A stretch of DNA of 21,632 nucleotides from Candidatus Bathyarchaeota archaeon (GCA_963739305.1 CAVTZU010000025.1:1-21632); one strand, 5' to 3'. Counted from the stretch's first letter, positions 1 to 10,211 are shown. Notes: generated from the sequence alone by a model not told the origin. Numbers and translations: made by a program.

Positions 1-138
1 TAAAACCCAAAGAGATCCAGACTCCTACCGTCCCACACCGAAAGCACGCACAATACAACACGCAAAAATCATATGTCCGAACTCTTCAACAGGAAGACAT
101 GCAAAACAATCGGTCAAATATGTTTTGCGACATGAAAT

Positions 139-690
139 CTAGTTGATAGTCGTTCCAGCTTGTCTTCTTCCGCCAGTCGCTTTCATGAAGCTATATGTTT
201 TTTGTCCTTTTCGCAACAGCGTGAATAACTCTGTCTTAGTCAACCTCAACACGATCTCGTTCTCTTTCAGGTGATGGTCACTAAAAGACAGGATTCCATC
301 TGACTTCAACACACGATGCAGTTCTTCTAGTACAGCATCGGGGTCTGTCAAGTCATGAAAGACATCATATAACAAAACCCTGTCCATGCTATTGCCTGGT
401 AGTCCAGTCTTGCGGTCCGAAAGAATTGTCTCCACATTCGTCAGCTGTTTCTTTGCAACGATTTTCTTAACCATCTCGATGGCAAGAGGCTGAATATCCA
501 AAGCATAAACCTTCCCTGACTTTCCAACCAACTTGGCGACAGCTTTTATGTAGCTTCCCGACCCACAACCATAATCCAGAACACGAAACCCTTCTTTTAT
601 GTCTACTTCCGTCACTATGTCCGTGCGTGGTCTGAAGAAATCCCGAATCTTGAATGTGAAAGCCATAGTTTTGAAACCGAAATTTGACAT
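139..690 (-). CDS. Class I SAM-dependent methyltransferase (UbiE-like)
   Basis: Motif I VLDYGCGSG, motif II VYALDIQ, and the later ELHRVLKSDGIL segment. Confidence 0.85.
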   Translation of the reverse strand: MSNFGFKTMAFTFKIRDFFRPRTDIVTEVDIKEGFRVLDYGCGSGSYIKAVAKLVGKSGKVYALDIQPLAIEMVKKIVAKKQLTNVETILSDRKTGLPGNSMDRVLLYDVFHDLTDPDAVLEELHRVLKSDGILSFSDHHLKENEIVLRLTKTELFTLLRKGQKTYSFMKATGGRRQAGTTIN

Positions 691-727
691 TTAGCAGTCC
701 TCGACTATTCTGCTAGATCCTTCCGGT

Positions 728-1900
728 TTAGCTATAACTTTTCTGCCAAACTAGAAGTCCCAGAAACTTTTCTTTCTGTTCTTCCGTGTATCCTTTCGCT
801 TCTCTCTCCAAGTGCCAGATTTCGCGCGCCACGCTTAAAGCCAAAGCGCGCGGCTTTTTGCGTTTGATCCATTTCGCCAGCAAAAATGGGAGAACTAGAG
901 TAACCCCCAGCGCGGTCAGTAGTATTGGCAGAAAGCGTCGGGCAAGCATTGTCAAGTCTTGGCTTTCGAATGCGAAGGGCACGACTGTGCTATTATCGAT
1001 GCTTGGAAAATCCCATAACACTTTTCCAGAAGCCAACGTATTGTTGTTGCAGGAAAAGATGATTTCGTAGGGGTTTTGCAGAGGATGCTTATAATATTGT
1101 GCATCTACGCCGGGATAGGTTGCACCTCCCCACATTAAGTCGTGGTCAAGGTAGGAGTGGTCGCCTTGAATTGACCAGGCTTTATCCACTAGTGCCCAGC
1201 CCGTTTGTCTGAGCATCCTGGGTTCTTTCAAGTCGACGTGCCAATGAGAATCGGTCATGGGCTGATTGCTTATAATACCGAACTGAAAGTAGTTGATGTA
1301 TCGGCTGAATGGAAACGGATCGATGACCACGTTTCCAGCGTAGAACTTCGTTATTATGTTCTGGCAGTTGGGCATGCTGGTCACGTTCACTGAGGTGAGT
1401 GCCTCCGTTCTTCCAGAAAAGGAGAGTGAATAGTCCACGAAGCCTTTGCTGTTCCAGTTCTGGAGCAAAGTGATCGGCGTTGATGCGCTGATCCCTGAGA
1501 TTTGCCAAGTGTAGCTGTAGACGAGAGAGGACATTGGGTATTGGAGTGGAGGCGTCTCTTCCTCTGTTTGATGAAGCCCAAAATCCACGAAAAGCCTGCC
1601 TGAGGCGTCGAGCACGAGCATCATGTAAAAACCATAATCCACGTTTCGAAAAATATGATCTTGACCTTGGACGAACATCCCGCCACCGAGCCAACAACCA
1701 GGTGGGAAAAGCTCTGGCTGGGTTGAGGGGAAGCTGACGGTTATCTCGGTGGCATTGACCGTTTCCCGAAGGCTCAGGTCATCAGCTATCACATGAAAAC
1801 CCGCAGCGTAAGGTAGATTGGAATTAAGCGCGGCTACGTGGTGTTCGGTGGTGGGCGCTATTTGGAACAAATTGGAGCCCTTTGCTGGGGAAATAGGCAA
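728..1900 (-). CDS. Hypothetical membrane-anchored secreted protein; signal peptide apparently detached by a 1-bp frameshift near 1916
   Basis: 390-aa beta-rich ORF with a C-terminal TM helix (FLPILLTALGVTLVLPFLLA) and basic KRKK. Adding one base near 1916 joins GTG at 1944 and gives the signal-like MRLHSALLAILISCALPISPAKG. Confidence 0.6.
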   Translation of the reverse strand: MPISPAKGSNLFQIAPTTEHHVAALNSNLPYAAGFHVIADDLSLRETVNATEITVSFPSTQPELFPPGCWLGGGMFVQGQDHIFRNVDYGFYMMLVLDASGRLFVDFGLHQTEEETPPLQYPMSSLVYSYTWQISGISASTPITLLQNWNSKGFVDYSLSFSGRTEALTSVNVTSMPNCQNIITKFYAGNVVIDPFPFSRYINYFQFGIISNQPMTDSHWHVDLKEPRMLRQTGWALVDKAWSIQGDHSYLDHDLMWGGATYPGVDAQYYKHPLQNPYEIIFSCNNNTLASGKVLWDFPSIDNSTVVPFAFESQDLTMLARRFLPILLTALGVTLVLPFLLAKWIKRKKPRALALSVAREIWHLEREAKGYTEEQKEKFLGLLVWQKSYS

Positions 1901-2038
1901 CGCGCATGAAATGAGATAGCAAGAAGGGCAGAGTGAAGCCGCACAGTTTCAGCAACGCGACCCCTACACGGAGAATTCAAAGTCGCTTTCTATAAGACTT
2001 GCGCAAATCTTAACTTCAAATGGAACTGACTTGTTTCC

Positions 2039-2542
2039 ATGATTTCACTGCGTCTGAGACGCGGCAAACATATGTCATTTAGGATAGTCGACGACGGGCT
2101 TCATGGAGACAGGTCTGATTCTGAAAGAAGAATTGCGAACGTGACAGTTGCGGAAACGATGATGATTGTGGCGACGTTGGGTTCACTAATTGTCTTCATT
2201 CTTTCAGTGGTAGCCCTGCAGGGCATCTATGGATGGTATCCTTCATTCGTCGCTCAGCAATGGTTTATTTACGATCAGTTTTTCGCAGTTTTTTCCTTCT
2301 TGGGAATGGTGTTTGGAGCTTTCGCAACTTCTTTTTTGCTCTCCAAGAAAAGCTGTTGGGCAGTGGTGGCGTCTGGGACAGCTTGCACCGTTTCAGGCGC
2401 GGGTGTTTTTGTCGTCTCGTTGATCCAGCCTTTGGCACTTTTATGGCAGGCTATAACCTATTATTTTCTACCACTATTCATAGCTCCATTGATTGGAACT
2501 CTCATAATCTACGTGAGAAAAGACGAAAAGAACGAAATTTGA
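2039..2542 (+). CDS. Hypothetical integral membrane protein (~4 TM)
   Basis: Four hydrophobic segments and a charged C-tail; true start may be ATG 2072. Confidence 0.6.
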   Translation: MISLRLRRGKHMSFRIVDDGLHGDRSDSERRIANVTVAETMMIVATLGSLIVFILSVVALQGIYGWYPSFVAQQWFIYDQFFAVFSFLGMVFGAFATSFLLSKKSCWAVVASGTACTVSGAGVFVVSLIQPLALLWQAITYYFLPLFIAPLIGTLIIYVRKDEKNEI

Positions 2543-2610
2543 ACAGAGTTGATGTGCCTAATCCAAGTGTCCCGCGGCGTCGAATCTATCAATCGCAGTG
2601 GACCCTGCCT

Positions 2611-3751
2611 TTAGCACGCGTTTATCGCACGCTTTCTTTTGTAGACTACAACTGTCAGTAGAGTTGCAAATACGATCAATAGCAAGATAAGAGTTGATGG
2701 AAACTCTGGACCAAAAGCCCTCAGTCTTATAGTCACATTTTTGTTTTCGTTCATCGTTACCGTTGTCTGGTTGAGATGGCCATCCTTCGCTGCTATGACA
2801 ACGTGGTTTTCCACATTGTGCATTCCAGAAGCATTGATTATCTTTTCTGCCAGTACCAGCCTGGTCTGGCCACCTGAGTCGGTGACGGTGTATAGCCATA
2901 TTTTGTTTTCGTCAGTGTATGTGATGTTTGAGTAAGGAACCATTTGACCGATGCTGTCTTCTACTTGAATGTCGAGCCACCAGCCTACAAATACCCGAGA
3001 CTCATCGTACGCGACGCAATTGCTGTAGTTGCAGCTGATTAATCCGGTTGATGACTCGTTGTGCGTGAAAACCGAGTCTACTGTGGACCATTGTATGTCT
3101 TGCCCCGAAGAGTCAAAGGTTTGAGCCTGGGCTATTGAGCACTCGCCTATTAGCACTAAGCTTGAACCATAACTGTTGGATTGGGTAATGTTGCTGTAAT
3201 TGATATCAGCTAGGCCGTAGATGTTCAATATATCTATAGAAGAGCCATCAATAGTAGTGTAGTTGGCCTTCGTCATTGAGTCCAAGCCGTGAACAGTCAC
3301 ATTCTGAAAAGAACCAGATGAAGAATCGTGGAGTAATATCCAAGCCATAGGCTGGTGTTTGTGCTGTAAAATTGGAGTCGTGAACAGAGATCGAACTGTT
3401 TTGGTAAGCATGAATTGAGTATTTGTAGGTTGAGTTTATGATTGTGTTGTCAACCTCTAATGTTGGTCGCCCGCCAGATGAATTTGTTAGAACAATGTCA
3501 TGCTCAAAATCCCAGTGTTGCACGATATTTACGATGGCATTTCTAAGAATCAGAGTGGCATTCTGCGTAACAATTACGTTTCCATCAATGTCAAATTGCC
3601 CCTCAATAATTGTAACATTGTTACCAGCTAGATTCAAGTCTCCTGAAAGAACCCCCTTAAAGGTCTGAGGAGCAAAATTGTTTCGTCCCAGCACACGTGC
3701 AGATGCTAAACACAAAGCCAAGGTCAATAGAACCAATCCCAACCTTTTCAT
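2611..3751 (-). pseudogene. Frameshifted beta-helix-like cell-surface protein with PEF-CTERM sorting signal
   Basis: ORF 3751 has a signal peptide and an Asn/Val/Ile-rich body. ORF 3411 ends GPEFPS-TM-KRKR. Removing one base near 3343-3346 joins them (TPAY-AWILLHDSS). Confidence 0.7.
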
Positions 3752-3970
3752 GAAATGCCCCCTTGCTTAGAGTTTTCGTTGTGACTAGATATGCTTTTTG
3801 TAGGATAATTAAGCGTGTACTTGAAAAGAGAAAGGGGGGAATTATGCGGGAGATGGCGCCAACTTTTTCGCTTCTGATTAAAACCTTCCTGTCTAACGAT
3901 GCACGGCTACTGTTGAATCAGTATCATTTGTAAAGATTCAAGATTGGTGGATAGGATATTCTCGACAGAA

Positions 3971-3986
3971 CCGTAAAGCTTATATA
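3971..3986 (+). promoter_or_regulatory. Probable BRE/TATA promoter of tfb
   Basis: CCGTAAAGC followed by TTATATA upstream of tfb; its position favours the start at 4091 over 4001. Confidence 0.45.
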
Positions 3987-4090
3987 GCTAAAGATGGGAG
4001 TTGGATAGCTACGCGGAACCGAACGTTCTCCTTTCTGAAAATCGTGAAGAATCACGACGGTTCTACGAAAAAAGTTTGAGGCGAGATAGG

Positions 4091-5029
4091 TTGAGTAAAA
4101 AAGAAAGCGGTGTTCGCCAACGCTTAATCGACAAGTGTCCCGAGTGTGGTAGTTCTAACCTTGTTCATGATTATGATACCGGCGAAACTGTTTGTGGCGA
4201 TTGTGGACTCGTCTTATACGAGCAAATGATGGACAAAGGACCAGAGTGGCGTGCTTTTACGCAGGAAGAGAAGGCGTCAAGAAGCCGCGTTGGAGTGCCA
4301 ACGTCGTATTCAGTCCACGACAAAGGGTTATCAACCGCCATCAGCCAAGTTGATCGAGATGCTTTCGGCAGAAAGCTTCCGTTATCCACCCGCCTGCAGA
4401 TGTGGCGTCTGAGGAAATGGCAGATACGATCCCGAGTTCACTCTTCAATAGACAGAAACCTTGCCCAAGCAATGGCTGAACTCGACAGATTATCTGACAA
4501 AGTCTACATTCCACCACCGATAAAAGAAAAGGCAGCAGTGACCTATCGCAAGGCGCTGGACAAGGGCCTAGTCAGAGGCAGATCAATAGCAGCCATCGCA
4601 GCAGCCGCACTTTACGCGGCATGCCGTGGAACTGGAACACCAAGAACCCTTCGAGAGATCGCAGAAGCAAGCCTAGTTGATAAGAAGGACGTTGCCCGAT
4701 GCTACAGACTCTTGCTCCGAGAACTCGAGGTCCACATGCCCATAGCCGACCCGTTAACGTACGTTTCAAAGATCGCAGAAAGAACAGGAATTTCAGGGAA
4801 AACACAAGGAATCGCCATAGGAATCCTGAGAGAAGCCAGGAGAAGGAGGGCTGCAGCCGGAAAAGATCCTATGGGTCTGGCAGCTGCATCACTGTACATT
4901 GCGTGTTTGAAGAATAACGAGAAGAAGACGCAGAAAGACATAGCTGAAGCGGCAGGCGTAACCGAAGTCACGGTGCGAAACCGGTATAAAACGTTGAAAA
5001 AACAGTTGAATCTTGAACTACCCGACTGA
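4091..5029 (+). CDS. tfb: Transcription initiation factor IIB (TFB)
   Basis: Zn ribbon CPECGS...CGDCG, B-reader GPEWRAF, two cyclin repeats, TQKDIAEAAGVTEVTVRNRYK HTH. TTG 4091 chosen as start (ORF track opens at 4001). Confidence 0.97.
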   Translation: MSKKESGVRQRLIDKCPECGSSNLVHDYDTGETVCGDCGLVLYEQMMDKGPEWRAFTQEEKASRSRVGVPTSYSVHDKGLSTAISQVDRDAFGRKLPLSTRLQMWRLRKWQIRSRVHSSIDRNLAQAMAELDRLSDKVYIPPPIKEKAAVTYRKALDKGLVRGRSIAAIAAAALYAACRGTGTPRTLREIAEASLVDKKDVARCYRLLLRELEVHMPIADPLTYVSKIAERTGISGKTQGIAIGILREARRRRAAAGKDPMGLAAASLYIACLKNNEKKTQKDIAEAAGVTEVTVRNRYKTLKKQLNLELPD

Positions 5030-5049
5030 CCGACTTTTTTTGGGTCAGT
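5025..5049. terminator. Hairpin/oligo-T terminator between convergent genes
   Basis: ACTGACC...GGTCAGT inverted repeat enclosing a T7 tract right after the tfb stop. Confidence 0.5.
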
Positions 5050-5252
5050 TACTCTTTCTCTTTTTCGAGCTCCATGACCAATGGACCTGAGTATTTGCAG
5101 TCATGGCAAACGTACTGCTTCGTAACCAGAAAAATATCATTACGAAAAGAGGTGTGAATTGCCGCGCTCCCACATCGAGGACAGTATATCTTTGAAGGCT
5201 GCCGACGCTTTGTGGTCTTTAAAACTTCACGTATGTCACGCATGAATCCCAT
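5049..5252 (-). CDS. Small zinc-ribbon protein
   Basis: CPRCGS...YVCHDCKYSGP; lies directly downstream of SUI1. Confidence 0.75.
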   Translation of the reverse strand: MGFMRDIREVLKTTKRRQPSKIYCPRCGSAAIHTSFRNDIFLVTKQYVCHDCKYSGPLVMELEKEKE

Positions 5253-5278
5253 GTTGGCTTGCACCTTTAACGCCGTGG

Positions 5279-5587
5279 TTACTGCAGTTCTATGTTCTCG
5301 TCTGGATATCCAAGTTTAACCAAGAACTGTCGGACCCTATCGCGATGGTCGCCCTGAAGCATGATTTGACCATTCTTCGCGGTTCCGCCGCACGCACAAT
5401 AGCCTTTCAAGTTCTTGGCAATTTCCGCAATGTTGCTGTTCTTCTCGTCCAAGCCATCGACTATGGTCGATGGTTTTCCAAATTTCCTTGTTTCAAGGCG
5501 TATGCGGATACGTTGTTGCTCTTTCTCGATTTCACCACAAGCACATAAGTCCTTCGGTAGCCCGCACGTGGAACAAATTTCAGCCAT
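5279..5587 (-). CDS. sui1: Translation initiation factor aIF1 (SUI1/YciH family)
   Basis: MAEICSTCGLPKDLCAC, CACGGTAKNGQIMLQGDHR signature; start ATG 5587. Confidence 0.95.
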   Translation of the reverse strand: MAEICSTCGLPKDLCACGEIEKEQQRIRIRLETRKFGKPSTIVDGLDEKNSNIAEIAKNLKGYCACGGTAKNGQIMLQGDHRDRVRQFLVKLGYPDENIELQ

Positions 5588-5826
5588 TTCGCTCAAACGT
5601 ACAATCGCACTTTGGGTATATAAAACTTTCAAATCATAACTCTATAATCAAATTCCATTTTCCGGGCCATCTAAGCAACCAAAGCCTAACGTAAACCCAC
5701 CGCAAAGGTGAATTGTGGAAACGAATAGCGCCGACTCGATGTTTCTCGAATTGCTCTCGGACTAGAGGTAGACTTAAATGCCATCATTGAAAGCATAACT
5801 TCTGATCGACCATAGAAGGTGTATTT

Positions 5827-7023
5827 GTGCAGAACCGTCCAGCGATAGTTGGTGCTGGAAGAACACGATTCGGAGAACACTACGAGAAACAGCCTGAGAA
5901 GCTAATTGAGGAAGCTTGGCTTAAAGCATCGACCGAAGCCAACATAGAGCGCAAAGACCTTGAAGCTTGTTATCTCTCGGATTATTTTCTCCCAATAACG
6001 AACAAGCTTGGTCTTGAGGAAGGTTTCCTTTCAGAACTCACTGGAATTCACACTCCGATGGAAGTCACCCGCTCATTTGGATCCGCGCTTTCAAACGCCT
6101 GCAACGCCATTCAAGCCGGAAAGTTCGACATGGTCCTGGTGGGCGGAATAGAAAAGATGACCGACCGCTGGGACAAGATACGAGACGACCTCATGCTTCT
6201 CGAAGATCCATGGAGCTACTACGCCGGATGCACTCCAGAAGCAAATCATGAGCTGATGCTAAGAGCCTACATAAAGAAGTACGGTTTAAAAGGTGAAAAC
6301 CTCAAGACCCTTCACATCGCCTTGGCCCAGATTGCGGTCAAGAACCATTTCCACGCCTCCAAGAACGAATATGCTCAGTACCAAAGAAAAATAACCGTGG
6401 AGCAAGTGCTAAACGCCAGAAAAGAAGCCCACAAGCCCTTAGGGCTCTACGACTACGCCCCGATCTCCGATGGCGCAGCCATACTCGTGCTCACTAAAGA
6501 AGAAGTCGCAAAGAAGTACACTGAAAAACCAGTTTACGTTCTCGGCTCGGGTTCATCAACGGACTACCTGACCTACCCGGCGAGAGAAGACATGACTCAC
6601 TTCCTAGTAACTCGAAACTCGATCAAAAACGCTCTAAAGATGGCCCGAAAAAGCCTGTGGGATATTCAAGTCGCAGAAGTTTATGACCAATCAACAGTCA
6701 TGGAGATGATCTCGCTCGAGGACATGGGCTTCTGCGAACCCGGGACAGCTTGGAAAAGCGTATACGAAAGTTGCAGAGACTACAAAGGCTACTACGAGTT
6801 CGACGACCATCGACTCTTCGTCAACATGAGCGGCGGCTTGAAAGCCGACGGCAACCCCTTGGGAGCCAGAGGAGGCGCCGAGGTTTTTGAAATTGTCAAG
6901 CAATTGAGAGGCGAAGCCGACGAACGCCAAGTCAAATGCGACCGAGACCTGAACTGTGGTTGTGTGCTGGAGCTTGAGGGCTTCGGAACAAAGGGTTACG
7001 TGTACATTCTAGGGAGAGACTAG
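5827..7023 (+). CDS. Archaeal/SCP2-type thiolase family protein with degenerate catalytic residues
   Basis: AIVGAGRTRFGEH, GGIEKM, AQIAVKNH, APISDGAA, VNMSGGLKADGNPLGA; adjacent to DUF35-HMGS. Confidence 0.85.
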   Translation: MQNRPAIVGAGRTRFGEHYEKQPEKLIEEAWLKASTEANIERKDLEACYLSDYFLPITNKLGLEEGFLSELTGIHTPMEVTRSFGSALSNACNAIQAGKFDMVLVGGIEKMTDRWDKIRDDLMLLEDPWSYYAGCTPEANHELMLRAYIKKYGLKGENLKTLHIALAQIAVKNHFHASKNEYAQYQRKITVEQVLNARKEAHKPLGLYDYAPISDGAAILVLTKEEVAKKYTEKPVYVLGSGSSTDYLTYPAREDMTHFLVTRNSIKNALKMARKSLWDIQVAEVYDQSTVMEMISLEDMGFCEPGTAWKSVYESCRDYKGYYEFDDHRLFVNMSGGLKADGNPLGARGGAEVFEIVKQLRGEADERQVKCDRDLNCGCVLELEGFGTKGYVYILGRD

Positions 7024-7025
7024 AT

Positions 7026-8534
7026 ATGAGCAGTGAACCGATAGAGAGAAGAGTCTCGTACCTCGGTGACAGACTGAGAGGCAACCGCTGCCTCATATGC
7101 GGCAAGGAATACTTCGAAATCAGAGACTACTGCGGGAACTGCGGAAGAAAAAGCTACGGAAAAATGGCCGAAACCGACCTGTTCTACGAGAAAGGCACAC
7201 TTGAGGTGTGCACCCTAGTCAACGAACCCACGAACAAATTCACTAAACTCTGCAATTACGTCTACGGCATCGTGTCATTCCACGACGGAAGGATACGTGT
7301 CCCAGGAAGACTCACGGATCGCATGCCAGAATGCAACGAGAACCTTGATTTCTCATCTCTTGAAGGAAGAAGCGTGACGCCGAGGTTTCGAAGACGCTAC
7401 TCGGTTGATAGAGGAGACGTGATCCCTACAATCTCTCTCACGTTCACGTTCACCGACGAATACTATCCGCACCAGGAGTACAAGTGCTCAAAACCGAAGA
7501 AAGAATACGAGTTACCGGGCATAGTGGGCTACGGAGTTTACGCCTCAAGATTCAGGATCAAAGAAGAAAACATCGAACGGTCGGTTCCTTTCATAGATGA
7601 AGACTCTATCACAGCCGCAGTAGAAGCCGGAAAACTCGCTCTAATTCACTCTAGAGTTCCCAGTTCACAAGTGGGAAAGATCTACGTCGGTTCCGAATCA
7701 AACCCCTACGCTGTTAAGCCCATAGCATCAAAAGCGGCGCAAGTCCTTAGGCTTGGAGAAGAAGACGACGATGTCCAAGGAGTCGACGCCGTCGACACCG
7801 AGTTCGCCTGCAAAGCAGCAACCAGCATGTTCAAAGACGCAGTTGCACTCGTCAACTACCCGAAATCGAACATCGAGTACGCCATGGTCACGGGCACCGA
7901 CAACTCGCAGGCGGCGCCAAGAGGCTGCCCGGGGGGAGAACTGGACCTCTTCGTCGGGTACGGCGCGGCGTCCTTCATATTCGGCAAGTGGGATGTCATC
8001 GCAGAGGTGGAAGGATGGTACTCCTGCACTTCTGACACCCCGGACTTCTGGAGGAGGGACGGTGAACCCTATCCGAGTCACGGTGGGAGATACACGGGAG
8101 ATCCAGCCTACTTCAAACACGTCAGAAAGTCCTCGAAAAAGCTGATGGAAAAACTGAGCTTGAAAAACACGGACATAAGCTACTTTGTTGCGCATCAACC
8201 AAACGTGCAGTTTCCCGTGCGAATCGCCAAAGAACTCGGCTTCAAAGAAGAACAGTATCTGCCCATGCTTCAAGTGGCAAAGTTCGGCAACACGTACTCT
8301 GGCGCGTCACCAGTCGGTTTGGCTGCCGTGTTAGACATGGCAAAACCGAACGACCGAATCCTAGTTGCCAGTTATGGCTCTGGAGCCGGGAGCGACGCCT
8401 ACTCATTCATCGTCACAGATCAGATATTGGAAAAACGAGCGAACCAAAAGCTCACCGTTAAGTATCAGGCAGAAAACCCATACATCGTGTATGTTGACTA
8501 CACAACCTACAGAAGATTGAAGGCTGGGATGTAG
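7026..8534 (+). CDS. DUF35 (Zn-ribbon/OB-fold) - hydroxymethylglutaryl-CoA synthase fusion
   Basis: N-terminal LRGNRCLICG...RDYCGNCG plus OB region. HMGS part has GIVGYG, DEDSIT, YVGSES, DTEFACKA, DFWRR, HQPN, GNTYSGA, SYGSGAGSDA. Confidence 0.92.
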   Translation: MSSEPIERRVSYLGDRLRGNRCLICGKEYFEIRDYCGNCGRKSYGKMAETDLFYEKGTLEVCTLVNEPTNKFTKLCNYVYGIVSFHDGRIRVPGRLTDRMPECNENLDFSSLEGRSVTPRFRRRYSVDRGDVIPTISLTFTFTDEYYPHQEYKCSKPKKEYELPGIVGYGVYASRFRIKEENIERSVPFIDEDSITAAVEAGKLALIHSRVPSSQVGKIYVGSESNPYAVKPIASKAAQVLRLGEEDDDVQGVDAVDTEFACKAATSMFKDAVALVNYPKSNIEYAMVTGTDNSQAAPRGCPGGELDLFVGYGAASFIFGKWDVIAEVEGWYSCTSDTPDFWRRDGEPYPSHGGRYTGDPAYFKHVRKSSKKLMEKLSLKNTDISYFVAHQPNVQFPVRIAKELGFKEEQYLPMLQVAKFGNTYSGASPVGLAAVLDMAKPNDRILVASYGSGAGSDAYSFIVTDQILEKRANQKLTVKYQAENPYIVYVDYTTYRRLKAGM

Positions 8535-8581
8535 AAAACAATTAATAACCCTCTCGCAGATTAAGTGCGGAGTTCAAAAGG

Positions 8582-9763
8582 TTGCAGATACCCAACATTC
8601 TTGAAGTCATATATGCACCTCATAAGGCTCTAAAGAAATTGGCGGAACACCCCACCATCGTGGCTCCTATCCTTGTGTTGTTGATTTACCTCGTTGCCAA
8701 CGTTGGCTACTTCTACGTGAGCGCAGCAAAGGTAAACCTCGAACAAACGGTGCCTGCGGGTACCATCGATAATGAATGGACACAGAACGTGACGCTGTGG
8801 ACTTCAAACGTTCAAAACATTTCGTTGAGCGACGACTTCCTCAACGGAACAACTTACCTGCTATCCCAATACTACGGCAACTCAAGCCTAGCCTTCTCAA
8901 CGGCGAACAACACTGAAGTCTGGATGCAGCTCCAGGGCATAGGTCCAATCAACTGCACTAGCCCTGAAGCGTATGATAAGTTGTCTTTCCGACTTAAGTG
9001 GAGCGGGCCTTCGGCGAACCCTGTTAACGTCACGATTCAGCTTTTTTCTGCAAACTCCTCCGGAAGTTTCTACAAGAGCCTCGAACCGGATTTTGCGAGC
9101 TCAGTCGGCGGCCAGTGGAACAACGAAACGACACTCCTTGGCGCTGAAGGTTGGTCCGCAACCAGCGGTACCTCCGATTGGAGTAATATCGTAGGCTTGA
9201 AGCTGGATTTCACTTGGCAGGAGAGCTCCAACATAACCCTGCAGATCGATGGCGTGTTCTTCCACGGACCGCTTGAATCGTACTTTGACATTTACGGCTC
9301 GGGTTATCTGCTCAACGTTGCGCTTTCAAACGTCCTGCAGTTCACCATAACATGGGTGATTCTCTCTGCTCTGGTCTACCTGCTAGCAAAATTCCTCAGG
9401 GGACAGCTTGTCTGGAGGATCGTCCTCATTCCGATCGGAGCGGTCCTTATAACATTGTTCGTGCTCGCTGTCGTGAACCTGATCGGGACCGCTTCGGTGC
9501 CTAACGTCAACTATTCGTTTGAGCTGCTTTCAGGCTTCAAAGGAGAGCCTGCCACTGATTCTGCTTATAATAGCATAATCAACCAAACTCAAATTGCCAA
9601 TCTAGTCGGGATGTACGGATGGTACGCTATACAGATCTGGACGGCTATACTCTGTTCAGTCGCCGTACGCGTGCTGGCAGGATTCACTTGGATGAAAAGC
9701 ATTCTCGTCGGTGCAATGGCTTACTTGATCTGTTTGATAATAACATCACTGTTGAACTTCTGA
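8582..9763 (+). CDS. YIP1-family membrane protein with a large extracellular beta-sandwich (CBM-like) insertion
   Basis: N-terminal EVIYAPHKALKKL plus TM, Asn/Ser-rich loop (DKLSFRL...DWSNIVGLKL...LQIDGVFF), four C-terminal TMs. Confidence 0.6.
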   Translation: MQIPNILEVIYAPHKALKKLAEHPTIVAPILVLLIYLVANVGYFYVSAAKVNLEQTVPAGTIDNEWTQNVTLWTSNVQNISLSDDFLNGTTYLLSQYYGNSSLAFSTANNTEVWMQLQGIGPINCTSPEAYDKLSFRLKWSGPSANPVNVTIQLFSANSSGSFYKSLEPDFASSVGGQWNNETTLLGAEGWSATSGTSDWSNIVGLKLDFTWQESSNITLQIDGVFFHGPLESYFDIYGSGYLLNVALSNVLQFTITWVILSALVYLLAKFLRGQLVWRIVLIPIGAVLITLFVLAVVNLIGTASVPNVNYSFELLSGFKGEPATDSAYNSIINQTQIANLVGMYGWYAIQIWTAILCSVAVRVLAGFTWMKSILVGAMAYLICLIITSLLNF

Positions 9764-9920
9764 GCACCGCAGTTTAAGTAACTCGGACGGTTCGCAAAAT
9801 TTATATTGCTGAAGGACTTTTCTGCAAATAACCAGTCCTAACCGAGGCTCAAGTGTCAACTTTGGCACCATGGGTTTTTGCGTGAATAGGCTGGCTCCGC
9901 GAATAGGACGAAAACACAAC

Positions 9921-10202
9921 ATGCCAAGGCTACCAGACAAAACCAAGAACGCCCCGCCTAAGCCAAGGAGGTTCGGAAGTCAGAGCAGGTATCGTGCGAG
10001 CAGACCATTCCTGCAGACGAGACCAGTCAAGGAAAATCAAGAGATCGACGTCGTAATAGATGACATTGGAAGCCGAGGCGATGGAGTGGCGAAGATAGAA
10101 AGCTACTTGATCTTTGTTCCACGCAGCAAAATTGGGGAACGAATCAGAGTTAGAATCAGATCGGTGAGTGAGAAATTCGCCCTCGCGGAAGAAATGGCTT
10201 GA
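9921..10202 (+). CDS. Single TRAM-domain protein (RNA chaperone)
   Basis: PVKENQEIDVVIDDIGSRGDGVAKIESYLIFVP; basic N-terminal extension. Confidence 0.88.
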   Translation: MPRLPDKTKNAPPKPRRFGSQSRYRASRPFLQTRPVKENQEIDVVIDDIGSRGDGVAKIESYLIFVPRSKIGERIRVRIRSVSEKFALAEEMA

Positions 10203-10211
10203 GCTGAGAAC

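Noticed and set aside
823-852. CGCGCGC...GCGCGCG inverted pair near the end of the 390-aa gene
   Set aside because: Lacks the CTAAT half of the boundary motif and lies inside an ORF; too weak to call.
2610-2621. TTTAGCACGCGT, resembling a reverse boundary motif at a gene stop
   Set aside because: Three mismatches to the consensus; could be chance, though a relic copy cannot be excluded.
4001-4090. N-terminal extension of TFB in the ORF track
   Set aside because: TTG 4001 is too close to the TATA box to be transcribed; 4091 gives a normal-length TFB.
7728-8273. Antisense or alternative-frame ORFs over HMGS, korA, korB and NosD
   Set aside because: Shadow ORFs of well-supported genes, with no motifs.
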